Source: Candidatus Bathyarchaeota archaeon
GTDB lineage: Archaea; Thermoproteota; Bathyarchaeia; Bathyarchaeales; Bathycorpusculaceae
Length of the DNA: 64,000 nucleotides
NCBI GenBank assembly: GCA_963717465.1
Contig: OY970340.1
Location: forward strand, 640,001-704,000
Reading direction: 5' to 3'
In this document: in pieces, positions 1 to 10,349 of the stretch
How positions within the stretch are numbered: position 1 is the first letter of the stretch
Layout of the letters: the number at the start of each line of letters is the position of its first letter
Translations under genes and position numbers: made by a program
Notes under the pieces: model-generated
Database searches by the model: none
What the model saw: the letters and a program-made list of their open reading frames with translations, nothing else
What the model was told of the DNA's origin: nothing

Positions 1-911
1 AGGAATACATTGAAGCAATAAAAAAACATGTCAACACTGCAAAAATAGCAAGCAAACAATTCCATGTTGTTGTAGACGCTGCTAATAGTGTTGGCGGTCT
101 CACAGCGCCCATATTGCTTCGGGATTTAGGCTGCAAAGTTACAAGCTTAAACGCCAACATTGATGGAACTTTCCCCGGCAGGTTGCCTGAACCACGTCCA
201 GAAAGCTTGGGTGATTTGGCTTCAACTGTAAAAGCCATAGGCGCAGACATGGGTGTGGCCTTTGATGGCGACGCGGACAGGTCAATATTTGTCTCAGAAA
301 CAGGCGAAATTTACATGGGAGACAAATCATTCGCGATAATTTTGAAGCAATTCCTCATCGAGAATCCACATTCGAAAATTGTTACTCCAGTTAGTTCTTC
401 AACGCTAATCAAAGATACTGTTGACGCTTACAAGGGCGAAATAGTGTGGACTAAAGTGGGAAGCGTTACGGTTTCCCAAAAAATGAAAGAAATAAAAGCC
501 AAACTTGGTGGAGAAGAGAACGGCGGAGTTTTTTATGGTCCACATCAAGCAGTCAGGGATGGAGCAATGACAACTGCTTTAATTCTTAATATTATGGCTA
601 AGACTGGAAAGAAACTTTCAGAGTTAGTGGACGAGCAACCGCAATACTTTATTGAGAAAGGAAAAGTTGAATGCCCTGAGGATAAGAAAGAGCCGCTTTT
701 GAAGAAGTTGCTTGATCAAGTGAAAAATGAAAACGTAACTACGATTGATGGGGTGAAGATCTGGTTCGACGATAAAAGCGCGATTCTGATTAGACCAAGC
801 GGTACAGAGCCTGTTTTTAGGTTATACGCGGAAGCTAAAAAGAAAGAAAAAGCATTAAAGCTAGTTAGCAACTACAGTTCAATTCTTACACGAATCATAA
901 AGACCCTGTAA
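1..911 (+). CDS. glmM: Phosphohexomutase (phosphoglucosamine mutase / PMM-PGM family), 5' end outside window
   Basis: DGDADR metal-binding loop, GEENGG, RPSGTEP; the frame is open back to the window start. Confidence 0.85.
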   Translation, partial: EYIEAIKKHVNTAKIASKQFHVVVDAANSVGGLTAPILLRDLGCKVTSLNANIDGTFPGRLPEPRPESLGDLASTVKAIGADMGVAFDGDADRSIFVSETGEIYMGDKSFAIILKQFLIENPHSKIVTPVSSSTLIKDTVDAYKGEIVWTKVGSVTVSQKMKEIKAKLGGEENGGVFYGPHQAVRDGAMTTALILNIMAKTGKKLSELVDEQPQYFIEKGKVECPEDKKEPLLKKLLDQVKNENVTTIDGVKIWFDDKSAILIRPSGTEPVFRLYAEAKKKEKALKLVSNYSSILTRIIKTL

Positions 912-933
912 GCAATAGGCATTATTTAGAAAA

Positions 934-2289
934 ATGGAGAATTTCCACTTTATGCCCTCGATGTTAACTGTAAAATCGGACGATGTCGATTCAAACGAGA
1001 AACGTTCAAAGTACACGGTAAGCGTTATAGAATGCAGGCAAAAAGGCGTTCTATACGCTAATGCTTTTGCGCAGGCTGGATTCAAGGTCATATGCGTTGA
1101 CCCTGACCAAAGCATAGTAAAAAAGTTGACAAGGGGAAAAGCTCCTTTTTCAGAAGTGGAAACTGAAATTCAACTGAAAAATCTTGTTAACGCCGACAAA
1201 ATATTGGCTTCAAACGATTTAAAAGAAACAGTTGCAAAGAGCGACATTATAGTGTTGACTTTAAACGGTAAACTTGATGACAAGAAGAATCCGAATTATT
1301 CTGAAGTGGAGAATACCTGCAAGCAAATAGGAGCCGTTTTACGTCAGGGCTCAATGGTTATTTATGAGGGTATTGCGTGTTTCGGTTTTATTGATGAAAT
1401 CGTTAAGGAATCATTGGAAAATTCTTCAGGTCTGAAAGCTGGAACAGGCTTTGGTTTGGCTTATGCGCCTATCCAAATGCTGGGAAGTCAACCCGTGAAG
1501 TCAATAACTAATACTGAGTTAATGCTAGCGGCGACTGATAAAACAAGCTTGAACTCTGCGTCAATCATACTGCAGACAATATCAAAAAACATTAAACAGG
1601 TAAAAGAAATAAAAACACTTGAATTAGCGACCCTTTTTATGCTTGCAAAAAAAGATACAGACACCGCCTTAGCCAATGAACTGGCAATTCTATGCGAAAA
1701 CGCAGGAACAGATTTTTTTGAAGTCTCCAAGCTCTTCAGCAATGGAGAACCAAGCTTTTACCCTGCAATTGCAGATGGAGACAAGAACAAAGAGTATTTC
1801 CTTCTTGATAGCGCTGAAAATTTAAACGTTAAACTTAGAATCCCCGCACTTTCTAGGCAAATAAACGAGGAAATGATGAAGCATGGAGCTTTCTTAGCGC
1901 AGGATGCTCTTAGTAGTTGCGGCAAAGCATTGAGGAGAGCAAGGATTGCAGTGCTCGGCGCTGTCAACTCTAAGGCTACAGCAAGCGCGTTTGTTAAGAT
2001 TTTAGAAGGCAAAGGCGCAAAGACAAATATTTATGACCCAGCCATGGCAGAAACGGATGAAGCATCGCAAAATTTCAAGAGAAATATGACTGAAGCAGTG
2101 GAAGGAACCGATTGTGTCATCTTGTTATCAGATACAGATCAGTTTAAACGTCTAAATTTAAAGAAACTTAAAGCTCAAATGAAAAATCCAGCAGTGATCA
2201 TAGATTTAATTGGTTTAATTGAACCAGAAAAAGTTGAGGCAGAAGGCTTCATATACCGAGGATTTGGAAGAGGGAACGGTAAACATTGA
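934..2289 (+). CDS. UDP-sugar (UDP-ManNAc/UDP-GlcNAc) 6-dehydrogenase homolog with degenerate catalytic motifs
   Basis: Fold-level similarity (GKAPFSE, GFGLAYAP, ALANEL, C-terminal YRGFGRG), but GxGxxG, ESTV, the catalytic Lys and GGHC are absent. Confidence 0.75.
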   Translation: MENFHFMPSMLTVKSDDVDSNEKRSKYTVSVIECRQKGVLYANAFAQAGFKVICVDPDQSIVKKLTRGKAPFSEVETEIQLKNLVNADKILASNDLKETVAKSDIIVLTLNGKLDDKKNPNYSEVENTCKQIGAVLRQGSMVIYEGIACFGFIDEIVKESLENSSGLKAGTGFGLAYAPIQMLGSQPVKSITNTELMLAATDKTSLNSASIILQTISKNIKQVKEIKTLELATLFMLAKKDTDTALANELAILCENAGTDFFEVSKLFSNGEPSFYPAIADGDKNKEYFLLDSAENLNVKLRIPALSRQINEEMMKHGAFLAQDALSSCGKALRRARIAVLGAVNSKATASAFVKILEGKGAKTNIYDPAMAETDEASQNFKRNMTEAVEGTDCVILLSDTDQFKRLNLKKLKAQMKNPAVIIDLIGLIEPEKVEAEGFIYRGFGRGNGKH

Positions 2290-3237
2290 AGAAACTTGGA
2301 GTAGCAGTAATAGGAACAGGTTTTTGGGGAAAAAACCACGCAAGAGTCTACAAGGAGTTACCATCAACTGAACTTGTAGCAGTATGCGACGTCAACCCTG
2401 AAAGGGCAAAAATCACAGCTGAACAGTTCGGCGTAAAAGCTTACACCAATAGCACACAACTGCTGAAAAACAAAGAAGTTGAAGCATTAAGCGTGTGCGT
2501 GTGGTCAACACATCTTGCTCAAGAAGCACTCAAAGCCCTTCACGCGGGAAAACATGTACTAGTAGAAAAACCCATGGCGACTAACACTAAGCAAGCTCAA
2601 AAACTTGTGGAAACCGCCAAGCAAAACGGCCTTCACTTGACTGTTGGGTTTTTGATGAGGTTCATTCCCGGGTCTTGTACAGATCCATGAAGCGGTTGAA
2701 AACAAAAAAATCGGCGAATTAGTCTGCGCGACAGCCAAACGTGTTGCTCAGTGGCCTGAAAGAATAGGCGATGTTGGAGTAGTAAAAGACACAGCAATTC
2801 ACGATATTGATGTCATGCGCTTCATATCAGGTAAGGACCCGGTAACAGTTTACGCTAAAATGGGAAGCAGACGGATAAAGAAATTTGAGGATTACGCTCA
2901 GATAATGTTAACTTATGAAGGTGGAGAAACTGCATTCATCGAATCCAATTGGCTTACTCCCTACAAAACGAGATTGTTAACTGTTACTGGAAGTGAAGCC
3001 ATAATGAAGCTGGATTATATTACGCAGGATCTTTGGATTGAACGTCAAAAAGAAACAGTGCAACCAAGATACCCACAGCAAGAGCCGCTGAAACTTGAGC
3101 TTCAACACTTCTCAGAGTGTATATTGGAAAAGAAAAAACCACTTATAAGGGGAGAAGACGGCGTAAAAGCCTTGCAAGTTGCTGAAGCAGCAATCGTATC
3201 ATCAGCAAAAAACAAATCGGTGAATTTAAAGAATTAA
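2286..3237 (+). CDS. Gfo/Idh/MocA oxidoreductase (UDP-GlcNAc 3-dehydrogenase-like); frameshift near 2670
   Basis: GTGFWG and EKP motifs in ORF 2286-2690; DTAIHDID and the C-terminal domain continue in another frame up to 3237. Confidence 0.85.
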
Positions 3238-3245
3238 TCTTAATA

Positions 3246-3515
3246 TTATTTTAAGCTGAAAGGTTTGCCTTCTGCAACAATTTTTGCTGGTATCTTATCT
3301 TTCCATTTTTTCAAAAACGGTAAGTCTTCAGTTTCTTTTCGCAATTCATCGGGCAACATTTCGGGGATTTCATCTCTTATAGGGTACCATCGTAAACATT
3401 TTGGGCAAACGATTAAGCCTTCCACTATTTCCTCTTTTTCCTCAAAAACATGAAGCTCAAGTGGATAATACTTATCGATTGGGCAAGCGAGAATATCCAT
3501 TAACTTACGTTTCAT
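3246..3515 (-). CDS. trm112: Trm112-like methyltransferase activator
   Basis: MKRKLMDILACP...CPKC.RWYPIRDEIPEMLP signature. Confidence 0.9.
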   Translation of the reverse strand: MKRKLMDILACPIDKYYPLELHVFEEKEEIVEGLIVCPKCLRWYPIRDEIPEMLPDELRKETEDLPFLKKWKDKIPAKIVAEGKPFSLK

Positions 3516-3550
3516 TCCAAACCACAATAAAAGTTAACGCTAAATGCTTA

Positions 3551-4405
3551 TTAAAACTTGCTTGGTAAACCAGCTACGCGAATATCTAAAACAGTCTGAT
3601 ACCAGTTCGGCCCAGTGCTTCGCACAATACGCGAAAAGCAAAACTCGTAAGCCACGCCTAACTCATCAAGCTTCTCAGCGACCTTCAGTGAGGTCTTTGC
3701 AGTGGGATCCTCTTTTTTGGTTGCATGTTCAAAATCGTAATAGTGAATCCATCCACCCGAGGGTTTAACGGCTAACAATGCATAAGGCAGATATTCGAGC
3801 GCTTTTTCGGGCAAAGGCATCAAAACCCGGTCTGCAACCCCTTTCAATTGTGCGTTGACAATTTCTTTTGAATCTCCTAACAACGCAACCACTTTATCAT
3901 CAACGTGATTAAGAACAACGTTCTTTTTCATGTATTCAATCGCGGTGGGATTAATATCAATAGAAAATATCTTGAAGCCGGCTGCTTTCTTAGCAATCAT
4001 TATGGAGAAACAGCCTACACCTGCAAACATGTTAACAACGGTCTCACCATGCTTAACTAGGCTTGCAATACGTGACCGCTCATGCGAAAGTCTTGGTGAA
4101 AAATAGCAGTTCTCAACATCCACCGTAAAAGCGCATCCGAATTCCCTGTGAACAGTAACGGGATTGTCTTCTCCAGACAAACACAGCAACTTTCGAACTC
4201 TAAAATCTCCGTTAATGGGACTGACTTGAACAAAAACCGTTTTTACATTCTTGTAAACCAACTTGATGGCTTCTGCTGCTTTTTTGGCGACTTCAAGATT
4301 ATCATCTGGCACTTTTATAACAGCAATTTTTCCAATCACATCGTATGAACTGTAAATTTTACCTTTCGCCTCATCGCAGAGATAATTTTGCAGCCTTTTC
4401 CTCAA
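3551..4405 (-). CDS. Trm5/Taw2-family tRNA G37 / wyosine SAM-dependent transferase
   Basis: YDVIGKIA, YFSPRL, NMFAGVG, DINP, LMPLP motifs. Confidence 0.88.
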   Translation of the reverse strand: MRKRLQNYLCDEAKGKIYSSYDVIGKIAVIKVPDDNLEVAKKAAEAIKLVYKNVKTVFVQVSPINGDFRVRKLLCLSGEDNPVTVHREFGCAFTVDVENCYFSPRLSHERSRIASLVKHGETVVNMFAGVGCFSIMIAKKAAGFKIFSIDINPTAIEYMKKNVVLNHVDDKVVALLGDSKEIVNAQLKGVADRVLMPLPEKALEYLPYALLAVKPSGGWIHYYDFEHATKKEDPTAKTSLKVAEKLDELGVAYEFCFSRIVRSTGPNWYQTVLDIRVAGLPSKF

Positions 4406-4727
4406 GATATATCCATCACCAACAAAGTCATTGGAAACGTTTAAAAGAACTTTACCAAAAGAAAACGATGATTTTCAAATGCATCGCTTTTTTAGCATCG
4501 TGTTGAATAGTGCCAAGCTATGCTCATAAACGTATATCGCTAAAATTCAGAGCATAACAAGTTATAGCCAAGCGAGATGGATTTTTATGATCATACGCAT
4601 TAATTCAAATTCGCTTCTCTTGAGTGAACAAATGTTTAGAAGTTTATGTGAAGCTTAAAAAAGCGTAGTCTTTGCCTTCCGAAAATCTTTTAAACACATC
4701 GGTATTAAGTGTGGAACTGTGAAAATC

Positions 4728-4916
4728 ATGCCGTCACTTGATAGTGCAAAAAAGAAGACTGAAGTAGAAGCAAAAAAAGGCGTTGAAGGATTAAAGAAAG
4801 TCGAGGCTAAGGTTGTTAAGGAAGCCAAAGTAGTTGGCGCTGACGCAAAGAAAGCAGGCCACAAACTTGTTGACGAAACGGAAAAAGCAGCAAAGAAGGT
4901 AAAGGAAAAAGTTTAG
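4728..4916 (+). CDS. Small Lys/Glu/Ala/Val-rich helical protein (LEA-like)
   Basis: Repetitive amphipathic sequence; TTTTAAA TATA-like box upstream and a T-tract downstream. Confidence 0.6.
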   Translation: MPSLDSAKKKTEVEAKKGVEGLKKVEAKVVKEAKVVGADAKKAGHKLVDETEKAAKKVKEKV

Positions 4917-5070
4917 CCCTGTCTACTTTCTATCCTTTTTTTTAACATTGCCACTCACGGGAAGTAGATAACTGACTATTTTGCTCAAAAACTAAAAAAG
5001 GCGCAAAAGAAAGGGCAAAATCAAACTAATGGAAAAATAGGCATTTTTACGCTCAATTAAAAACATAAAT

Positions 5071-5838
5071 ATGGCGGTTAGCAAAAAGAAAAAGGCTGTT
5101 ACAGTTGGTGCTTTGATGGTTGTTCCAGTTGATGTTGAACTAGTGGCTCAAGATGCAAACAAAGCATCTAAAAGAGGAGACCTCATAATCGTAATCGACA
5201 TTATCAGAGCTACAACTAGCATCATAGCCTCACTTGCTAACGGAGCGAAATCTGTTGTTCCTATCCAGACCATTAAAGAAGCCAAGCTATTACGCAATAA
5301 ACACACTAACTACCTTCTTGCGGGGGAACGAAATGGCGTTAAACCCAAAGGATTCGACTTGGATAACTCCCCCTTGTCGCTTATTAAAGAGAATGTAGAG
5401 AGTAAAAATCTCATTATAACTACTACTAACGGAACAAAAGCTTTAGTCAAGTCAAAGAGGGCAAAATGGGTTATAGTAGGTGCCTTCGTCAATGCTGATG
5501 CAGTTGCTAAAAAAAGTGTGGAGATTGCCAGCAAGAATGAAGTCGGCATATCATTTGTGCTGGCTGGTCAAGACAACCATTTTGCAGTAGAGGACTTTAT
5601 TTGCGCTGGAGGAATCATTGAAAGGCTTCCAAATAACATTGTTGAGCTTTCAGACAAGGCGTTAGGAGCACTATTAGCCTTCAATGGTGCTAAGCAAACT
5701 CTACAAGAGAACATCCGCAAAAGCAAACATGCTCAAGAATTACTGAAAATCGGCTTTAGCAGAGACATAGAGTTCGCTTGCCACATGGACTTTTACAATT
5801 TAGTACCATTTTATCATGATGGAAAAATAACTTTGTAA
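5071..5838 (+). CDS. comB: 2-phosphosulfolactate phosphatase family
   Basis: VIDIIRATT, LAGER.G, DNSP, TTTNGT, EDFICAG. Confidence 0.9.
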   Translation: MAVSKKKKAVTVGALMVVPVDVELVAQDANKASKRGDLIIVIDIIRATTSIIASLANGAKSVVPIQTIKEAKLLRNKHTNYLLAGERNGVKPKGFDLDNSPLSLIKENVESKNLIITTTNGTKALVKSKRAKWVIVGAFVNADAVAKKSVEIASKNEVGISFVLAGQDNHFAVEDFICAGGIIERLPNNIVELSDKALGALLAFNGAKQTLQENIRKSKHAQELLKIGFSRDIEFACHMDFYNLVPFYHDGKITL

Positions 5839-6093
5839 AGTGGGTTAAAATCGTGCACTTTTGCACTCCTGCTAATTTTCGAAACATTGTACAACGACTA
5901 AAAATACTTTATACTTGTTCGAAAAATCGCTGAAAACTTTAGAATATTGACAAAATATCAGCCCATTCTATTTTCCACACCAGAGCTAGGGCTTTTTCTT
6001 GCAGAAAAGAGGGCATGGATAAGGGCAGAATATTACGAATTTTTCGGAAAGTTTAAAAGCAAAATACTTTCCTTTGTAGGAAGAGGCGTTTCC

Positions 6094-6255
6094 ATGGAAA
6101 AGTCAGGAATAGTTTATGAGTGCATGAGATGTGGATCCAGAGTTCCATCGGAAGAACTGGAGCTTAGAGGCGGAGAAACTAAGTGCATTATTTGTGGTTA
6201 TAGGATTCTAAAAAAGGTTAAGCCGCCGGTAGTGAAACGTGTCCAATCACGCTGA
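6094..6255 (+). CDS. rpoP: DNA-directed RNA polymerase subunit P (Rpo12)
   Basis: YECMRCG...KCIICGYRILKK.KPP zinc ribbon; true start is the ATG at 6094. Confidence 0.92.
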   Translation: MEKSGIVYECMRCGSRVPSEELELRGGETKCIICGYRILKKVKPPVVKRVQSR

Positions 6256-6260
6256 AAAAG

Positions 6261-6283
6261 ACTTGCCTTTAACAAAGGCAAGT
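6261..6283. terminator. Perfect 10-bp stem hairpin between convergent genes
   Basis: ACTTGCCTTT-AAC-AAAGGCAAGT. Confidence 0.6.
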
Positions 6284-6308
6284 AAGCAATGTTTTTGCTG
6301 CCTTAATT

Positions 6309-6635
6309 TTAGTAGTAGTCGTCACCAAGTTTTCGGAGTGCTTTCCCTTTAATCTTCACCGGTTTTGATGTGTTAAAGTCTTCGTCTTCTGGCGCCCTTT
6401 CAACTGTTTGCCGCTTTACTGTTTCACCGCATATGCCTTTTGGCAATAGTCTGCGTTTTGAGCACATCGAATATGTGCAGTTTGCAAGGTTGCAGATTTC
6501 TTCGGTCCATCTACACCAAACAGTGTCTCGGCGGAAGTAAGCAGAGTTTTTACCACATTTAAAAGATGGGCATGTTGGGGAACAGGTTTTTGATTGAACC
6601 AACAGATACACCTCAATCTTCCAATCAAAATTCAA
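6309..6635 (-). CDS. Cys-rich hypothetical protein
   Basis: Eight Cys within about 55 aa, basic C-terminus; start uncertain. Confidence 0.7.
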   Translation of the reverse strand: MNFDWKIEVYLLVQSKTCSPTCPSFKCGKNSAYFRRDTVWCRWTEEICNLANCTYSMCSKRRLLPKGICGETVKRQTVERAPEDEDFNTSKPVKIKGKALRKLGDDYY

Positions 6636-6702
6636 ATTGTACAGTTCTTATTGTTTGAGAGATTTCTGGTTTACTAATAATATAAACTTTTTTATGTAAA
6701 AG

Positions 6703-8805
6703 CTATTTTTTTACGTTTAGGCTTGTTGTGGAAACCACTTTTCTTCGCCTAAAGATTTCGATGAACAAAAACAAAAGTAAGGAGGCTAAAACCAAAATGA
6801 ATGCTGTAAAGGCGTTGGTTGCAACCATGAATGAACCTAAGCTAATGAATTCACCCATTTTGATTGGAACAGTCGTTGAGCCATCGATCGTCAGGCTTAC
6901 TGTCTGATAATTATTCTCCATTCCTGAAGGATAGGCCACTACTTGCATGCTGCCGCCAATAAAATTGTAGAAAGTTACCGTTCCATTACTTGATGTTATG
7001 GCTGATTTCACCTCATTTCCAGGACCAGAAAGCGTAACATTCGCGTTTGCTACCGGTTGGCCGAAGAAGTCAACAACCTTTACCGTAACTTGAATACCAT
7101 ACAGGGAGCATTGAACTGTGATTTGTGAGTCGTTGAAAACTTCAATATTAGTTTGTTTAAGCAAGACATCTCCTGAATAAACGCTTAACTGGTACATTCC
7201 AAACGTAACTGGCAGACTGACTACTCCATTAGTGTTTGTTGTTCCGTTTTGGAATATGCCGTTTGTTAATTCAATAAGAGTTAGATGGGCGTTAGGGATT
7301 GGGGTAGAAGTGCTGTCAAGTATTGTTAACGTTAAATTTTGAGTTGGACAAATAATGGTTACGTCAGAAACTGGTTGCAACGGAAGACTAGAAATTGTGT
7401 TATTACCGATGTTGAAGACTTCCCCGTAGATTGAAGCGTTGATTATGTAATTGATACCCGTAAGTGTTGAATTGTAAACGTAATTTCCATTGTCGTCTGT
7501 TTGACCCTGCACAGTCGTGTTATAGCTTGAACCATTCGTGCTTGAGACGTATTGGAAAGTTAAAGTCAAGTCGATACCGCGCATTAAAACGCCATCTGCA
7601 TTTTCAACTGTTACGTTAATGTCAGTTAAATTACAGGTCAAATCATAAGTGGCTGCTCCAGTTATGGTCTGATTTAATTGACCAACTTGCACTACACCAA
7701 GATAATAAGCAGTTATGACAACGTCGCCTAACTCGAGATTAAAACTCGCCAGTCCATCACTTCCACTAGTCGCATTGTAAGTGATGTTCGTTGCTAAATC
7801 ACATGCTTGGACATCTATTGAAGGTACAACTTCGCCTGCCAAATTGAAAGTGTGCACTTGAATTGGGTAACCTGATATGTAAAATACTTGGGTGTCGTTT
7901 ACGGTTTTGTTTGTGGTTTGAGAAATTATTGTTACGTTATACTCGTCTATTGGCGCGTTGGGGGGCACAGTCCAATCTGTACTAATTATTCCAATACTTG
8001 ACGCTTTCAAATCTTCAGTGAGGAATGTAGTGTTTGTATCTGTGTCAGTTATTGTTAGTGTTGCATTCTCGCCTGATTGATAGCCTGCAGCTTGAATTTG
8101 AACTGTATCGTTTCTATGATACTGTGTTGCGTTAGTTAATCCAATAGTAAACTCGTCGTAAGCCAGACTGCTGGAATAGTTAAAATATGCAATGTAAGTT
8201 CCGACGTAATTTGTTGTTGCATTACTAAAATCATCTGGAAATACAATTTGTTGTTGAGCAGTTCCATTTGCGGATGTGCTCGATAAAGCAACAGCAGTAG
8301 AATTTGTGCCCAAAGACGAAGGAAGCACTACTGTTACATTAGCAGCATATGAAGTGCCGACTTGTCCTCCAGTCACATTTACATTTAATGCAACACTGTT
8401 TCCTTCCTGCAGTTGCAAAGGCGATGAAGGAACAATTGCTTCAATGTTGTAGCCGATTGTTACTGTAAAGTTTACGTTTGCAGTGTCACCCGTTGTAATA
8501 TCTTGAAGCGTTACATTGTAGGTGCCGCCTGAAATCTCGGGAACAGTGAAAACGGAGACCGCTGCATACGACACTGAAGTGTTTGTTAACACTAAATCAT
8601 TATTGAACAAAATATGGTATTGACCGTTTTCAGTTGTGATGTTTCCTTGCAGAGTCACGTTTGTGCCCACGTTTCCACTTGACGTGCTAAGTTGACCGAT
8701 TGCTGTACTCACACTCGTGGCAGATACATCTGGGATGGGTAATAACAGTAAGACTCCTGAGGTCAATATCAGGAAGCAAATTAAAGCAGCCAAACGTTTA
8801 TGCAA
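6703..8805 (-). CDS. Cell-surface glycoprotein with beta-sandwich (carboxypeptidase-regulatory-like) repeats
   Basis: Signal peptide, Thr/Asn/Ser-rich with many NxT/S sequons, C-terminal TM helix followed by RRRK. Confidence 0.8.
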   Translation of the reverse strand: MHKRLAALICFLILTSGVLLLLPIPDVSATSVSTAIGQLSTSSGNVGTNVTLQGNITTENGQYHILFNNDLVLTNTSVSYAAVSVFTVPEISGGTYNVTLQDITTGDTANVNFTVTIGYNIEAIVPSSPLQLQEGNSVALNVNVTGGQVGTSYAANVTVVLPSSLGTNSTAVALSSTSANGTAQQQIVFPDDFSNATTNYVGTYIAYFNYSSSLAYDEFTIGLTNATQYHRNDTVQIQAAGYQSGENATLTITDTDTNTTFLTEDLKASSIGIISTDWTVPPNAPIDEYNVTIISQTTNKTVNDTQVFYISGYPIQVHTFNLAGEVVPSIDVQACDLATNITYNATSGSDGLASFNLELGDVVITAYYLGVVQVGQLNQTITGAATYDLTCNLTDINVTVENADGVLMRGIDLTLTFQYVSSTNGSSYNTTVQGQTDDNGNYVYNSTLTGINYIINASIYGEVFNIGNNTISSLPLQPVSDVTIICPTQNLTLTILDSTSTPIPNAHLTLIELTNGIFQNGTTNTNGVVSLPVTFGMYQLSVYSGDVLLKQTNIEVFNDSQITVQCSLYGIQVTVKVVDFFGQPVANANVTLSGPGNEVKSAITSSNGTVTFYNFIGGSMQVVAYPSGMENNYQTVSLTIDGSTTVPIKMGEFISLGSFMVATNAFTAFILVLASLLLFLFIEIFRRRKVVSTTSLNVKK

Positions 8806-8981
8806 AGTAATCGTTCTCCAATCTGTATTTTATTTTATAACTGACGATGGATAGTATTTTAAACTTGCCTTTCATTAGCTGAGATGTTACCTTTCTTTCT
8901 TTAGAACACAATTTGGAAAGCAATATAATACTGAAAAATTACTCTTAGAAGGACCTAGAAAACTCGGTGAGAAAGTAAATC

Positions 8982-9938
8982 TTGGAAAATACAATTCCAT
9001 CTCAGCTTATTCAAGCATTAAAAAAGCAAAAGTACCATATAATAGGCAATCATTCAGCAGTTAAAAGGTGCAAATGGTTTTATGAATCCTTAATTAACGA
9101 CAGAACATGCTACAAACAAAAATTCTACGGCATTAAAAGTCATCAATGCATACAGATGACGCCTTCATTGTTCTATTGCACTCAACAATGCCTTTTTTGT
9201 TGGAGAGCTCAAAGCGGAGACTTGCAAGTTACATGGGATGAAATGAAGATGCCTGTAGTTGACGCGCCGGAGAGGATTGTTGAAGGAAGCATTAAAGCGC
9301 AAGAGAAGATTCTGAGTGGGTATAAGGGCAACGTCAAGATTAATTGGCATAAGTTTACAGAAGCTTTAACGCCAAAGCATGTAGCTATAAGTTTAACTGG
9401 GGAGCCAACTCTTTACGAGCCTATTGGTGAATTAATCAGAAATTTTCACAAAAGAAACTTTACAACGTTCCTAGTGTCTAACGGAACTCTCCCTCACAGG
9501 CTTGCAAATCTTAGTGAAGAACCAACGCAACTGTACATCTCCGTCTGTGCACCCAACGAGCAGATTTACAAGCAGGTTTGTCGTCCTCAATTAATGGACG
9601 CTTGGAGTAAACTGAATAAGTCCTTAGAGTTGCTTAGCAGTTTTAAATGTCCAACTGTAACTCGGATGACGTTGGTTAAAAATCTTAATATGAGCAATTT
9701 TGATGAATATGCGAGACTTATAGCGAAAGCTAATCCGACTTTTATTGAAGCTAAAGCGTACATGCATATTGGTTTCTCAAATCTTCGGTTAAGCTTTGAC
9801 AGCATGCCTCAGCATTTTGAAGTGAAAGATTTCGCAAAGAATTTAGCTGAAAAGACTGGATACAACATCATTGATGAAGCAGTTGACAGCAGAGTTGTAT
9901 TATTAAGTAAACTGGAGCGACCTTGTATTAGCAAATAA
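8982..9938 (+). CDS. taw1: 4-demethylwyosine synthase (radical SAM)
   Basis: HSAVKRCKW, CYKQKFYGIKSHQCIQMTP, CxxxCxxC, SLTGEPTL. Confidence 0.95.
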   Translation: MENTIPSQLIQALKKQKYHIIGNHSAVKRCKWFYESLINDRTCYKQKFYGIKSHQCIQMTPSLFYCTQQCLFCWRAQSGDLQVTWDEMKMPVVDAPERIVEGSIKAQEKILSGYKGNVKINWHKFTEALTPKHVAISLTGEPTLYEPIGELIRNFHKRNFTTFLVSNGTLPHRLANLSEEPTQLYISVCAPNEQIYKQVCRPQLMDAWSKLNKSLELLSSFKCPTVTRMTLVKNLNMSNFDEYARLIAKANPTFIEAKAYMHIGFSNLRLSFDSMPQHFEVKDFAKNLAEKTGYNIIDEAVDSRVVLLSKLERPCISK

Positions 9939-10034
9939 TGCAGGCGCTTGCATTAGCAAATAATTCATTTGGATAATGTTTTGAAACAAATTAAAAAACA
10001 TCGTATGTCTTGAGGATAACTTTAAATACTTTGG

Positions 10035-10059
10035 AATTAACTTGCAAACAAGTTTAATT
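10035..10059. promoter_or_regulatory. Inverted repeat just downstream of a TATA box (putative operator)
   Basis: TTTAAATA at 10021, then AATTAACTTG-CAAA-CAAGTTTAATT. Confidence 0.45.
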
Positions 10060-10076
10060 ATCGGTCGGTTGCGGTC

Positions 10077-10271
10077 ATGGTAAACGAAGGGAAAGGACGC
10101 TTATTCAGGAGAAAAGACGGCAAGTACTTAATCTACATTCCAAAAGATTTAGCGGAAGACAGCATGTTCCCATTCAAAGGGGCAGAGTCAATATTCGTAA
10201 AAGTAAGTTTTAAACTGGGAAACAACCAACTTTTAATAGAAAAATGGAATTCAGAACAAACGGCAGCATAA
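10077..10271 (+). CDS. Small AbrB/SpoVT-like hypothetical protein
   Basis: GKYLIYIPKDLAE...FPFK beta-hairpin pattern. Confidence 0.65.
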   Translation: MVNEGKGRLFRRKDGKYLIYIPKDLAEDSMFPFKGAESIFVKVSFKLGNNQLLIEKWNSEQTAA

Positions 10272-10349
10272 TAACAAACTAAAAAAAACAGCTTACATAA
10301 TTATTTTATCTGTAATTAGCTAATCATTATTCGGATTTAGGGTGAAAAC

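Noticed and set aside
5071..5838. Evidence for coenzyme M synthesis or methanogenesis from comB
   Set aside because: ComB-family phosphatases are widespread, and no other com or mcr genes are in the window.
5947..6093. N-terminal extension on RpoP
   Set aside because: The upstream in-frame TTG crosses the TATA-like TTTAAAA region; the conserved protein begins at 6094.
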